64,000 nt of DNA from Octopus sinensis (lineage: Eukaryota): the NCBI RefSeq assembly GCF_006345805.1, contig NC_042998.1, positions 27,900,001-27,964,000 of the forward strand. The letters run 5' to 3'. A program made the position numbers and the translations under genes. Of this stretch, positions 37,571 through 49,750 are shown piece after piece. Below the pieces are notes generated by a model. That model was given only the letters and a program-made list of their open reading frames with translations. It ran no database searches and had not been told where the DNA came from. Position 1 is the stretch's first letter; each line of letters opens with the position of its first letter.

Positions 37571-37960
37571 GGCGCAGGAGTGGCTGTGTGGTAAGTAGCT
37601 TGCTAACCAACCACATGGTTCCGGGTTCAGTCCCACTGCGTCGCATCTTGGGCAAGTGTCTTCTGCTATAGACCCGGGCCGACCAATGCCTTGTGAGTGG
37701 ATTTGGTAGACGGAAACTGAAAGAAGCCTGTCGTATATATGTGTATATATATATATATGTGTGTATGTGTATGTGTTTGTCCCCCTAGCATTGCTTGACA
37801 GCCGATGCTGGTGTGTTTACGTCCCCGTCACTTAGTGGTTCGGCAAAAGAGACCGATAGAATAAGTACTGGGCTTACAAAGAATAAGTCCCGGGGTCGAT
37901 TTGCTCGACTAAAAGGCGGTGCTCCTGCATGGCCGCACTCAAATGACTGAAACAGGTAAA
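37571..37960 (+). mobile_element. SINE family A
   Basis: Full-length match, preceded by (TA)n. Confidence 0.9.
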
Positions 37961-38741
37961 AAAAAAATTAATATTGTATATTCAGAAATCAATACTGTGG
38001 TGATTCTGATGAGCTAGCTTTCTATAACTGAATACATTTGTATTGTATAATTCGTAACAAGCCTTTTAGTGGAGACATGTAAACATAACTTATTTTACAT
38101 TGAAGCTATAATTATATAAAGAATATATGAAACGGCCGTTATCCTGAGAATGACATGTGGTTAAATAAAACTATTCAGTTCTCATACCTCTTGCCTTGTT
38201 ACGGTTTACACACACACACACACACACGCATGTCTGTGGTACTTTCATGAAGACCAAGTATGAAAAAGTTTCTTATCTAGAAAAAAGTATAAAGATTTGC
38301 TACGAAATTGCCTCACATAATCACGAATTAGCAGATATATGAATTTTTATACACACGGAAAAAGTTTTAGAGATGGTAATATAAATATATACTTATTTTT
38401 TTTTTACAGGCGTGTTCTTATATAATGCAGCATCAAATGCTTAGAAATTTGGTGCGAATCTTTTCACTGTCTACTCTCTTATAGGTCTTTAGTTCATACA
38501 TAAATAATCACTTTTTCATCAAAATATTTGATCATATTTCAGCTCAAATTACGTTTTATGATGTTATATGTCTTCATCTATAATAAGACGGTCTAAACGA
38601 ATTTCATCTCATATAGCATTCAAATATGAATGGAATGGTAGGTATTGATCACTGCAGATCAAAAATTCGCGTACAGTTTAGTATATTCTTCTATTCTTTA
38701 TATTTTTTATTCTTTATATATATATATTATATATATATATA

Positions 38742-38824
38742 GGCGTTGGAGTGGCTGTGGATAAGTAGCTTGCTTACCAACCACATAGTTCCGGATTCAG
38801 TCCCCTTGCGTGGCACCTTCTACT
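38742..38824 (+). mobile_element. SINE family A head fragment
   Basis: 5' tRNA-like portion only. Confidence 0.7.
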
Positions 38825-38851
38825 ATATGTGTGTGTATATGTGCATACATT

Positions 38852-38934
<83 letters not shown>

Positions 38935-39160
38935 ATTTATAAATAAGAATAATATCGATATTATCAAGTGGTCAGCATGGGAAAGAATACCATACAAAGG
39001 TAATAATTTTTTACAACTAAAAATAAGGGTGTCTGAGAGACACCACCATGCCGAAATAGCAGTCAAATCCCTGACTCTAAAAACCACCTTAACTGTTCAT
39101 ATCGCACCATGAGATAAGACAGAGGGACACAATTGACTAGCACAAAGATATTACTGAATA

Positions 39161-39219
39161 ATTCAAGATCCTAGATTTCCAGCTTTGCTTTAAATAAGCT
39201 TTGCCGTCATCAGTTGAAT
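39161..39219 (-). ncRNA. Type I hammerhead ribozyme (intact-looking)
   Basis: ATTCAA-CTGATGA-CGGC aaa GCTT(attta)AAGC aaa GCTG-GAAA-TCTAGGA-TC|TTGAAT, with an AUC triplet. Confidence 0.8.
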
Positions 39220-39430
39220 ATATCAGAGCACATAAATACACATATATATATATGCAGAACAAACGTTATACTTACATATACGAACGTCCATACATACATA
39301 TATATGCACGAATGTACAAGGCCAGTTTAAATTGCCCGCCAAACACTTGATAATATTGATATTTAATTATCGATATGTAAGTATAACGTTTGTTCTGCAT
39401 ATATATATTTGTATTTATGTGCTCTGATGT

Positions 39431-39489
39431 ATTCAACTGATGACGGCAAAGCTTATTTGAAGCAAAGCTAGAAACCCAGGATCTTGAAT
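39431..39489 (+). ncRNA. Hammerhead ribozyme (decayed copy in the right arm)
   Basis: Same motif as 39161-39219, with mutations at the base of stem II and in stem III. Confidence 0.6.
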
Positions 39490-39651
39490 TATTCAGTAAT
39501 ATCTTTTTGCTAGTCTATTTTGTCCCTCTGTCTTATCTCATGGTACGATATGAACATTTAAGGTGGTTTTTAGTGTCAGGGATTTGACTGATATTTCGGC
39601 ATGGTGGTGTCTCTCAGACACCCTTATTTTTAGTTATATATATCTATGGAA

Positions 39652-39685
<34 letters not shown>

Positions 39686-39701
39686 AAACACATATATATA
39701 T

Positions 39702-39784
<83 letters not shown>

Positions 39785-39805
39785 GCACACATAATTGAAC
39801 ACAAA

Positions 39806-40015
39806 GGTGGCGGGCTGGCACCGTCGTTAGGACGCTGGGTTACATTTTTTGCGTCATTTCGTCAATCTCTAAATTCTCGGTTCAAATTCCGCGGAAGTCA
39901 ACTTTGCCTTTCATCAATTCAGGGTGGATGAAATAAGTACCTGTTGAGTAGTGGGGGGTCGATGTAATCGTCCACTTGATGTTGCTGGCCCTTGTCCTCA
40001 AATTTGAAACCAATA
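39806..40015 (+). mobile_element. Diverged SINE family B
   Basis: Head and GGTTCAAATTCCGC box. Confidence 0.65.
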
Positions 40016-40141
40016 TAAAGGAATAAAAACAACAACTGTTAATTTGATCGCTATTTGAATATGAGGTGATACCGTTGATTATCAAACGCACACATACACA
40101 CACATACACATACAAACACACACACATATATATATGTGTAT

Positions 40142-40558
40142 ATATTTCTTTATTGCCCACAAGGGGCTAAACATAGAGGGGACAAACAAGGACAGACAAA
40201 CGGATTAAGTCGATTACATCGACCTCAGTGTGAAACCGGTACTTTATTTATCGACCCCGAAAGGATGAGAGGCAAAGTCGACGTCGGCGGAATTTGAACT
40301 CAGAACATAACGGCAGACGAAATACTTATTTCTTTACTACCCACAAGGGTTTAAACACAGAGGGGACAAACAAGGACAGAGGAACGGATTAAGTCGATTA
40401 TATCGACCCCAGTACGTAACTGGTACTTATTTAATCGACCCCGAACGGATGAAAGGCAATGTTGACCTCGGCGGAATTTGAACTCAGAACGTAACGGCAG
40501 ACGAAATACGGCTACGCATTTCGTCCGGCGCGCTAACGCGTCTGCCAGCTCGCCGCCA
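40142..40558 (-). mobile_element. SINE family B with two modules
   Basis: Head near 40558 and two ~183-bp modules ending AAGAAATA. Confidence 0.85.
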
Positions 40559-40629
40559 TACACATATATATGTATATCACAATAATAACTCGCGTGAAAT
40601 AGTTTGGAGTATTGGTTAGAAGCAATGAA

Positions 40630-41016
40630 GTGGAGGCGCAATGGCCCAGTGGTTAGGGCAGCGGACTCGCGGTCATACGATCGCGGTTTCGATTCCCAGA
40701 CCGGGCGTTGTGAGTGTTTATTGAGCGAAAACACCTAAAGCTCCACGAGTCTCAGGCAGGGATGGTGGTGATCCCTGCTGTACTCTTTGACCACAACTTT
40801 CTCTCACTCTTACTTCCTGTTTCTGTTGTACCTGTATTTCAAAGGGCCGGCCTTGTCACTCTCTGTGTCACGCTGAATATCCCCGAGAACTACGTTAAGG
40901 GTACACGTGTCTGTGGAGTGCTCAGCCACTTACACGTTAATTTCACGAGCAGGCTGTTCCGTTGATTCGGATCAACCGGAACCCTCGTCGTCGTAACCGA
41001 CGGAGTGCTTCGCAGT
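40630..41016 (+). mobile_element. SINE family C
   Basis: Full match. TSD AGCAATGAA at 40621-40629 and 41017-41025. Confidence 0.9.
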
Positions 41017-41594
41017 AGCAATGAAATATGCTAATGACGAGTTGCCAAAAATTGTCCAGAAATTTGTTGCTAAGTTTTTTGAAGATGTATAATAAAGAAA
41101 GACTCCTAGAATTATTATGTTATCTTGTGCTTTACATTTAATTTAATATTTCAAGTTTACTTTTTTATGGTCTGCTGAAATTATAAATCAAGAAGCATGC
41201 AGTAATATTTTTGAAGTCGATTACAAACTTGAAATGATACCAGGACGAAATTAGTGTCTGATCGTATTTATTGAAAACGTCTTTCTATCCATAACATCAT
41301 TATTAATTGCAAACGGTAGACACATTTAGAGGATGTAACAGCAGACGTATGTAATTGGCATGAAAGGAACTATATTTGCAATGTCATCATTATCTGTCTC
41401 CTACACGATGAGATACTGTGTAATAGCAATATGTTAATCTTTCTGATATTATCTCGTATCAATATATTAATCCGATTTATTCTCCGAACAATTGATTTTC
41501 TAACGCCAAGTAATGTACAATTTTGTACATCTGTTTAGTGATTGTCTCGTCAATACTTCGGCAAGTACGCGAAGGCTATACTTAACTGATAAAA

Positions 41595-42007
41595 GGCGGC
41601 GAGCTGGCAGAAACGTTAGCACGCCGGGCGAAAAGATTAGCAGTATTTCGTCTGGCGCTACGTTTTGAGTTCAAATTCCGCCGAGGTCGACTTTGCCTTT
41701 CATCCTTTCGGGGTCGATAAATTAAGTACCAGTTACGCACTGGGGTCGATATAATCGACTTAATCCGTTTGTCTGTCCTTGTTTGTCCTCTCTGTGTTCA
41801 GCTCTTTGTGGGTAGTAAAAAATAGGTATTTCGCCTGTCGTTACGTTCTGAGTTCAAATTCCGCCGAGGTCGACTTTGCCTTTCATCCTTTCGGGGTCGA
41901 TAAATAAAGTACCAGTTACGCACTGGGGTCGATATAATCGACTTAATCCGTTTGTCTGTCCTTGTTTGTCCCCTCTATGTTTAGCCCTTTGTGGGCAGTA
42001 AAGAAAT
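41595..42007 (+). mobile_element. SINE family B with two modules
   Basis: Head plus a duplicated module. The flanks share TATACTTAAC(T/G)GATAAA, a probable TSD. Confidence 0.85.
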
Positions 42008-42107
42008 ATATACTTAACGGATAAAGTCACAATGGCATCAAAGTATTTCGAAATTCTCTCCCGTACTTGGTGCAATAATGAAAATAATACTAACCATTGA
42101 GAGTGGT

Positions 42108-42317
42108 TTCAAATTTTGGCACAAGGCCAGCTATTCCGGGAGAGGGGATTAAGTTGATTTCATCGACACCCCAGTGCTCAGCTGGTACTTATTTCATCGA
42201 CACCGAAAGGATGGAAAACAAAGACCACTCCAGCGGAATTTTGACTTAGAACGTAAAGACGGACGAAATGCTGTCAAGCATTTTGTCCGGCGTGCAAACG
42301 ATTCTGTCAGCTTGCCT
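42108..42317 (-). mobile_element. Diverged SINE family B
   Basis: Reverse-strand match to the short form. Confidence 0.65.
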
Positions 42318-42331
42318 TAGTCATCAACTAA

Positions 42332-42792
42332 GTATCTTTTCGGTTTGAACGGCAGTTTTTCTATCGGTGTCATATGAAATTGTCACCCATAATTATGACC
42401 CTAGTATCGATCTATTGCCTTTCAATCTGTTTTAGGGTTAGGGTTAGTTAGGGTTAGAGTTAGGGTTAGTTAGGATTAGGTTTAGGGTTAGGGGTGGAGG
42501 GAAGGGTATCTGTTTTTCTTCAGAAATGTAAATAAACTCAATCTGTTTCTTAAACGAGGGACATATTCATACGGCACAGAATGTTTTCACCTCAATAGAC
42601 GTTATTGATTGGTTGAAATTGCAGAAATTGAAGAAAAAGCAACAACAAATATCTTACAAACTATAGAATTTTCTCAATAAAGCCAAGAGAAAAAGATGTT
42701 TTATAAGCACATTCTACCAATATACGAAGTTTAAAAGTGTTTGGTTACGTGGAAATTATAAAAAAAAACTGCCGGTCAAACCGAAAAGATCC
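42332..42792. mobile_element. MITE (Kolobok-like, TTAA) containing telomeric repeats
   Basis: TIRs GTATCTTTTCGGTTTGAACGGCAGTTTTT and AAAAACTGCCGGTCAAACCGAAAAGATCC, flanked by CTAA and TTAA. Confidence 0.65.
42432..42492 (+). repeat. Interstitial degenerate (TTAGGG)n
   Basis: TTAGGGTTAGGGTTAGTTAGGGTTAGAGTTAGGG... Confidence 0.85.
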
Positions 42793-43798
42793 TTAACTAA
42801 TATTACTGTTTCTTCACAGCGTATTTATTTCTAATTTGAATGTTAATGTACCAAGCATTAACTATTCAAGCATCGTTATAAGTAGACGTTAGCACATTGC
42901 ATACATTAACCTTTAATATCAACATGACATACTGTTTTCTCTCGAAACTAATAATAATATCCATAAAACTCCAAGTATTGTTTTCGTAGCGTTTAATTCC
43001 ACACAGTAGTTCACCGAATCGCCTATAGACTCAGTCGACAGTAGACAATGGTCTTCTAATCTCTTCCGGTCTTTATATAGTTTATATATTTGTAATTACA
43101 TTGAAAACATTGTCACTAGTTTACTTAACATTCGGTAGTAATGACACATGTCTGAAGCTGAATGTGTGAAATAGGTTATGAAATTGTGATATACTGAATG
43201 AGAAAGCACTGCATGCCATCAAAGTGACACTGGGGTACAAATATACGAAGCCCAATCCACCCATCATGACTACCCGCCTGATAAGGGTGCACCAGACATC
43301 TGCATCACAACCACATGTTTGCGACATGGTGATCTCATATCGAGATAAACAGCACATGACCCTACAGTGGAACCCGGTTGGAACTTTCTTCAGATAGAGT
43401 AGTCCATCCCCCTCAAAAGGTCTCTGAATAAGGGTTGTTTAAGGATGGTGTACAAAGCAAACATGTTTCCAGAGGTGAATTATCCAAACTCCAAAGAATT
43501 CCTCTCAAAACATGGCTATGATGCCCCACCCCTACTTCGGCTCGTGATCAGAGAGACACATATTGTCAGCCATGAGAAGACTTGCTCAACTGGTTAAGGT
43601 CAAACAACTGACAAGCAAACCTGTGGTATTGAGTAGAATATTTGCTGTAGCCCATCTTTTATATCAAGACGGAACATGTGCATGATAACGCTTCCAATCA
43701 GTTAAGATCAGAAGCCATGAGAGCCAGTGTCTGGTATTGCATCAACATATATTTGGCTGTTCCATTATTTTTAATCAAATGATTGTATCAAGATATTA

Positions 43799-43800
<2 letters not shown>

Positions 43801-43880
<80 letters not shown>
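43801..43880. repeat. (ATT)n microsatellite
   Basis: Directly visible. Lies at the 3' end of the Dong-like LINE. Confidence 0.95.
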
Positions 43881-43882
<2 letters not shown>

Positions 43883-44720
43883 GCTTGGCTTTTGCTTTGT
43901 ATTTGTACAAGTTAACTCCAAGTCTCACTCAGAGACCTCAAGAGACAACAAGTTAGAAGTTCAAGTCGGTGTTATGACGAAGGTGCCATATATTTGGTTT
44001 TGCACAGAGTATTGTTCTAGAGAATGTCTGTCAAAACATAAGAAAATTAGAAGTTTCTTTTAAAAGTAATTTGATTATAAGATGATAGTCTGATGTTAAG
44101 ATGACAGTAAAAGATATTTGCTGTTATATACATTTAAAAGTATTTTGACACTGTTTACAGATTAAAATATTTTGGTGATTACAATGAACATATTTTACGT
44201 AGGATATGGGCAGTTCCCATGAGCACTATTTTTTAAAATTCCTCCATTTTGGGATTTCCTGGTATCTGAGCTAGGTAGCAATCAGCCCCTTTTGCTATCA
44301 TTCCTAGGGCACCTATGACAACAGGTATTGTTTTAGTGTTGGGGTTCCAGATTTTGACAATTTCAATTTCAAGATCTTTATACTTGCTCTGTTTTTGGTA
44401 GGTCTTGACAGATACATTTATGTTGATTGGGACAGTCATATCGATGAGGAGGCATGATTTTTGTCTGAAACCATTCAAAATAATGTCTGGTATTTTCTCA
44501 TCTATCTTTCTGACAGTTTGAATTGTGAATTCCAAAGCATTGAGATGCGGTCATTTTCAAGCACTGGCGGTGGTTTGTGTTCCCAGCAGTTTTAGTCATG
44601 GGTCAGGCTCAAGTTTTTGCAAATTACCCAGTGAATATACTGTGCTGTTCTATCATGGCTGTTGAGATACTCTATAGGCCCAAGAAGACTGCACAGTATG
44701 ACCGATGGTTTCATTTTGCT
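43881..44720 (-). mobile_element. 5'-truncated R4/Dong-like non-LTR retrotransposon (restriction-like endonuclease domain plus 3' UTR)
   Basis: Minus-strand remnants C..YLNSHDRTAQYIHWVIC and IPDII..CLLIDMTVP..KYKDL..IPVVIGALG. The 3' end abuts (TAA)n. Confidence 0.8.
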
Positions 44721-44725
44721 CTTTA

Positions 44726-44791
<66 letters not shown>

Positions 44792-45040
44792 TTGCTATGA
44801 TGCACAAATATCGTAAGTAGAAAACGTTGATTTTCCGGAAAATGAAAAAAATAGTTTCTTCATTCCATAGCAAACCGTTGTACTACACTGCGACAATTAT
44901 TGATATCTTGGCATCTAAAGTAGCTGGAGATACTATAGTTTGACCAAAAGAACCGGTTATTGCAAGCAAAAATATATGTTGAATAAAAACGCGTTTGGCC
45001 AAATTTGAATATACGACAGTTTAACATATTAACAACGAGA

Positions 45041-45126
<86 letters not shown>
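45041..45126. repeat. (TATC)n microsatellite
   Basis: Directly visible. Confidence 0.95.
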
Positions 45127-45165
45127 CACACACACACATGTATATTACATAAAATACTTTTAATT

Positions 45166-45380
45166 TTACTTCTCTTACTTTCTTTTACTTGATTCAGTCA
45201 TATGACTGCGATCATGCTGGAGCACCACTTTTTAGTCAAGCAAATCAATCCCAGGACTTATTCTTTCTAAGCCAACTACTTATTATTTTGCCGATCCACT
45301 AAATTACGGGGACGTAAACACACCAGCATCGGTTGTCAAATGATGGTGGTGGGGACAAACATAGACATAAAGACACACAC
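45166..45380 (-). mobile_element. SINE family A 3' half
   Basis: Diverged match. Confidence 0.7.
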
Positions 45381-45386
45381 ATATAA

Positions 45387-45420
<34 letters not shown>

Positions 45421-45652
45421 CTGAACTTAAAAGACTTATGCCAGTTCACAAAAACATTCCTTCAGAATCAGATTCCAAAGGGCAAAGATGTTGAAGAAAC
45501 TTGAATAATATCTGTCACTCGAGATCTTAAAAGCAACTGGTCTTAAACGCCATCTCAGGGCTCATCGACGGAGTGATTGTACTGTATGATTAGGTGTGGT
45601 GTGTGTGTTGATGGGGCGGCTGTCATCACTCAAGATGATTGAAGCAATAATC

Positions 45653-45702
<50 letters not shown>

Positions 45703-45710
<8 letters not shown>

Positions 45711-46045
45711 CAAAATGGGACAAGAACGCAACGCATCTGGACAGCTAGGCGATACAAAAAAGGACAAGAAAATATCCAGATGGACGATACAAAGAAAACA
45801 AGGACGGGTAATTCGAAGTTTTCTTTCCTCAGTCAAGAACCAGATTATCTTCGCAATTTCGGCTGATTATTCTTGAGATTGCTCCAATCTGGCCAGCCTC
45901 AAGGAAAAAACTAAGCTAAGAGCATTAGATTCCTTGAAAGAAAGCAGCGAATGTATACAAAAACAAGGACAGAAAAGACGGACAATGTTACACAAATATG
46001 AAAACCAAAAAATACAATAAAAATAATAACAGGACATAACAACAA
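45703..46045 (-). mobile_element. Unclassified (TA)n-anchored dispersed repeat (family E)
   Basis: Homologous to 61598-61770 in the opposite orientation. Both copies end at (TA)n. Confidence 0.6.
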
Positions 46046-46073
46046 TACACACACACACACACATATATATGTA

Positions 46074-46107
<34 letters not shown>

Positions 46108-47027
46108 ACTTTCTATCTATCTATCTATCTACGTATCTATCTATCTATTTATCTATCCATCTATCCATCTATCTACCTATCTACCTGTCTGTCTGTCTAT
46201 CTATCTTTCGATAACAAAATGATACACAAGGGCATATATATATATGTCTGTGTGTATTTTTGTTTGCGTCTGTGAATTTTACAAACATTACTATTTAATA
46301 AATATTGAACTTAAAGTACGGAAATATAAAAATTCAATAATAAAATGTGCGAGTAGTCGAGGGAAATATTTTCTAAAAAAAATTGATGACGCAATAATAT
46401 AATATAAATTTCACTAGAAGAACGATGTTGCCAAGATCTTGATACAGTCATTCGATAAAAAAAATAATGAAACACCCAAAAAATTCTTAATTAAAAAAAA
46501 TATAAGATCGATCAGGGAAACAATTGCTGTAGAAACCAAGAATACTTGCTTTAATTTAATTACTATGGTTTTGTGATTTTTTCCCCCCAATTTTCAACAG
46601 TTTTGTTTTTAATTTTAATTATCTTTTTATTTCCGTTTATTTATTTCAGTTATATTCTTATATGTTGTTTTATTCTTTTATGATCTGTGTGTAAATTTTT
46701 CCATTCGGTTTTGTTTTCATTCGTTTTTATCGATTTTGGTGTAATTAGATAACGAAGATCTATCTATTTTTAGGGTGAATCGCTGGAAGGAAAGGAAATA
46801 AACATCTGTCAGTTCCAAGAAGAGAAGGAGTCTTTCACTCCTTGATGACAATTATAGCTTCAGGCCACCAAAAAAGACAAGTACCAGGCCTATAGTAAAA
46901 CTAATTTGTTGCTCAAGATTTTAGAATCATATTTTGAATCTCTTAGCTTCCACTCGGGTATGCATCTTAATACACATATACCCACAATCTAGACATCCCT
47001 ATTTATGTAACACGTATATGTATGAAG

Positions 47028-47424
47028 AGTGGAGGCGCAATAGCCCAGTGGTTAGGGCAGCGGACTCGCGGTCGTGGGATCGCGGTTTCGAATCCCAGAC
47101 CGGGCGTTGTGAGTTGTTTATTGAGCGAAAACACTTATAAAGCTCCACGAGGCTCCGGCAGGGATGGTGGTGATCCCTGCTGTACTCTTTCACCACAACT
47201 TTCTCTCACTCTTACTTCCGGTTTCTGTTGTACCTGTATTTCAAGGGGCCGGCCTTGTCACTCTCTGTGTCACGCTGAATATCCCCGAGAACTACGTTAA
47301 GGGTACACGTGTCTGTGGAGTGCTCAGCCACTTACACGTTAATTTCACGAGCAGGCTGTTCCGTTGATCGGATCAACTGGAACCCTCGTCGTCGTAATCG
47401 ACGGAGTGCTTCCCCAGTGCTTCC
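47028..47424 (+). mobile_element. SINE family C
   Basis: Full match with duplicated AGTGCTTCC tail. TSD ATATGTATGAAG at 47016-47027 and 47425-47436. Confidence 0.9.
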
Positions 47425-47443
47425 ATATGTATGAAGGTGTGTT

Positions 47444-47512
<69 letters not shown>

Positions 47513-47534
47513 TGCGGCAGTCCATCGCAGCGTT

Positions 47535-47718
47535 ACTCAAGAAACAGGAAGAAAGAGAGAGAAATTTTGGGCAAAAGAGTACAACAGGGGCCGCCCCCCA
47601 CTGCCGGAGCATCGTGGAGCTTTAGGTGTTTTCACTCAATAAACACAGTCTGGGAGTCGAAACCGCGATCCTCCGTCCGCGTGTCTCTGCCATAACCACT
47701 TGGCCGTTGCGCCTCCAC
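47535..47718 (-). mobile_element. SINE family C 5' fragment
   Basis: Diverged match with deletions. Confidence 0.7.
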
Positions 47719-47719
47719 A

Positions 47720-47735
47720 ATATATGTATATATAT

Positions 47736-47833
<98 letters not shown>

Positions 47834-47834
47834 G

Positions 47835-47873
<39 letters not shown>

Positions 47874-47956
47874 GTATGTATATATATATATGTGTGTATG
47901 TATATATATATATTATATATGTGTATATATATATATATGTATGTATATATATATAT

Positions 47957-47989
<33 letters not shown>

Positions 47990-48038
47990 GTGTATATATA
48001 TATATATAATGTGTATATATATATATATATATATATAT
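47720..48038. repeat. Long compound (TA)n tract
   Basis: Directly visible. Confidence 0.95.
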
Positions 48039-48487
48039 GGAGAGAAAGAGGGAGAGATTTACAATAGTATAAAATACAATTATAATTTAGTCCATAGTGG
48101 GTGCCATGCTTCTGTGCATCATCACTTTTATAACACACGTGTTGAAATCGAGGGAGTAAGCTGACAGAAATTCATAAAATCCAGTTAGCCTTGGATTGAT
48201 CAGTTTCTGGATTAGTTTAATGATTTTTTCTTCATCAGAAAAGCATACTGGTTGAAATAAATGAAATATTTGTACATATTTACTTACATATTTTATGTTA
48301 TTATAAATCTCTATATAGGAATTCACCTTAATAGATCTATTTAATATGCTGGCCACTGATAAAGATTTTAACGATTTTATCCATTATATATATATATATA
48401 TATATATAATAAAGTGGAGTTGTAAGGCACCGCACGAGTGGAATTATATATGAAAGGTTTGAAAATTCAATTTTAAAAGACGTTTAT

Positions 48488-48533
48488 TTACTTGACCGGT
48501 TTCACTCTTTTAGAAAAAGATTGTCAAAAGTAA
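48488..48533 (-). ncRNA. Minimal hammerhead-like motif, U3-A8 variant
   Basis: TTACTT-TTGACAA-stem II-GAAA-CCGG-TC|AAGTAA, with palindromic ACCGGT and a GUC triplet. Confidence 0.5.
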
Positions 48534-48921
48534 CATGTAAAAGCTTTGTTGTGTTAGTTACTGGTTGTCACAAAATATTACAATACATATATACATTCTT
48601 TGATAATAATAAGGGAATGTTAAAAACAGTTTACAGAAAGAATTAAAAAGTTCAGAGGAATATTGATATTGTATCTGTATATACATACACAGAAAATTAT
48701 AAGTTCAAAAAGGTTACATTTTGGTTGTATATAAATGTACAATGAGGGAGATATATTTAGTTTGAACTGACCTGATTCACCATATTATTGTAAAAGACTA
48801 TTTTCTATTTCAAGGGACAGTGTAGGTGTGTTTGGGTGAGGAGAATGAAGTGTAATGTGGAATTGAAAAGAAGTTTTTGTTTCTCTTTCAATATTCAGTG
48901 ATTTGGGGGATTGGTCTTTAG

Positions 48922-49450
48922 AGGTCAGAATGGTGTGAGTGTGTGTGTCTTTATGTGTGTGTCTTTATGTGTGTGTGTGTGTATATATTGACATGTGTTT
49001 GTGTGTGTGGGCCGTTTTCGATTGGTCCCAGGGTTTATTGTGGTGTAAGTAGATGTGTCTGTGTGTGTTTAATATTTGGTAGGACGGTGTATATGTGTGC
49101 ACGTTTGTGTATGTGTGTGGTTAATGTTTGTTAGTGTATTGTGTGTGCGCGCTAGTGTGTGTGTGTGTGTTTGTATGTATATGTGTGATTGGTATTTGTC
49201 ATGGTGCTGTCTGTGCGCTTGTGTGTGTATATGTGCGTTTGTATGGAGGTCAGAATGGTGCGAGTGTGTGTGTCTTTATGTGTGTGTATATATATGTATT
49301 TGTGTTTGTGTGTGTGGACCGTTTTTGATTGGTCCCAGGGTTTATTGTGGTGTAAGTAAATGTGTATGTGTGTTTTATATTTGGTAGGATGGTGTGTGTA
49401 TATGTGTGTGGTTAATGTTTGTTAAGGTATTGTGTGTGCGCTAGTGTGTG
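48922..49450. repeat. ~325-bp-period direct duplication in a (GT)-rich region
   Basis: GAGGTCAGAATGGTG and ATTGGTCCCAGGGTTTATTGTGGTGTAAGTA each occur twice. Confidence 0.8.
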
Positions 49451-49750
49451 CATGTGTTTGTTCGCATGTGTGTATGTGTGCATCTGTGGGTGCGTGTGTG
49501 TGCTTGTGCATTGGTGGGGATGTTATGTGTGTGTAGGTGAGTGTGTGTGTGTATCTCTGTCTTAGTATGGTTGTGATTGTTATGATTGTCTTGGTGTTGT
49601 GCGTGCGCGCATGTGTATGTATGTGTGTGTATTTTTTGTGTTGGTGGGTATGTTATGTGTGTATGTGAGTGTGTGTGTGTGTATGTGATCAGCTGTGTGT
49701 GTGATTGTCTTGGTGGTGTGTATATGTATGTGTGTGATTTGTCATGGTGC

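Larger units (their letters stand above)
39015..39635. mobile_element. Fold-back element with ~265-bp arms, each carrying an HHR
   Basis: Arms at 39015-39279 and 39373-39635 with a ~93-bp spacer. Confidence 0.85.

Noticed and set aside
38005-38035. CTGATGA motif (also on the minus strand near 48235 and 56120)
   Set aside because: No correctly placed stem II-GAAA-stem III, so these are chance matches.
43190-43740. Higher-GC segment that looks like an interspersed repeat
   Set aside because: Single copy in the window, with no termini or coding motif to support a call.
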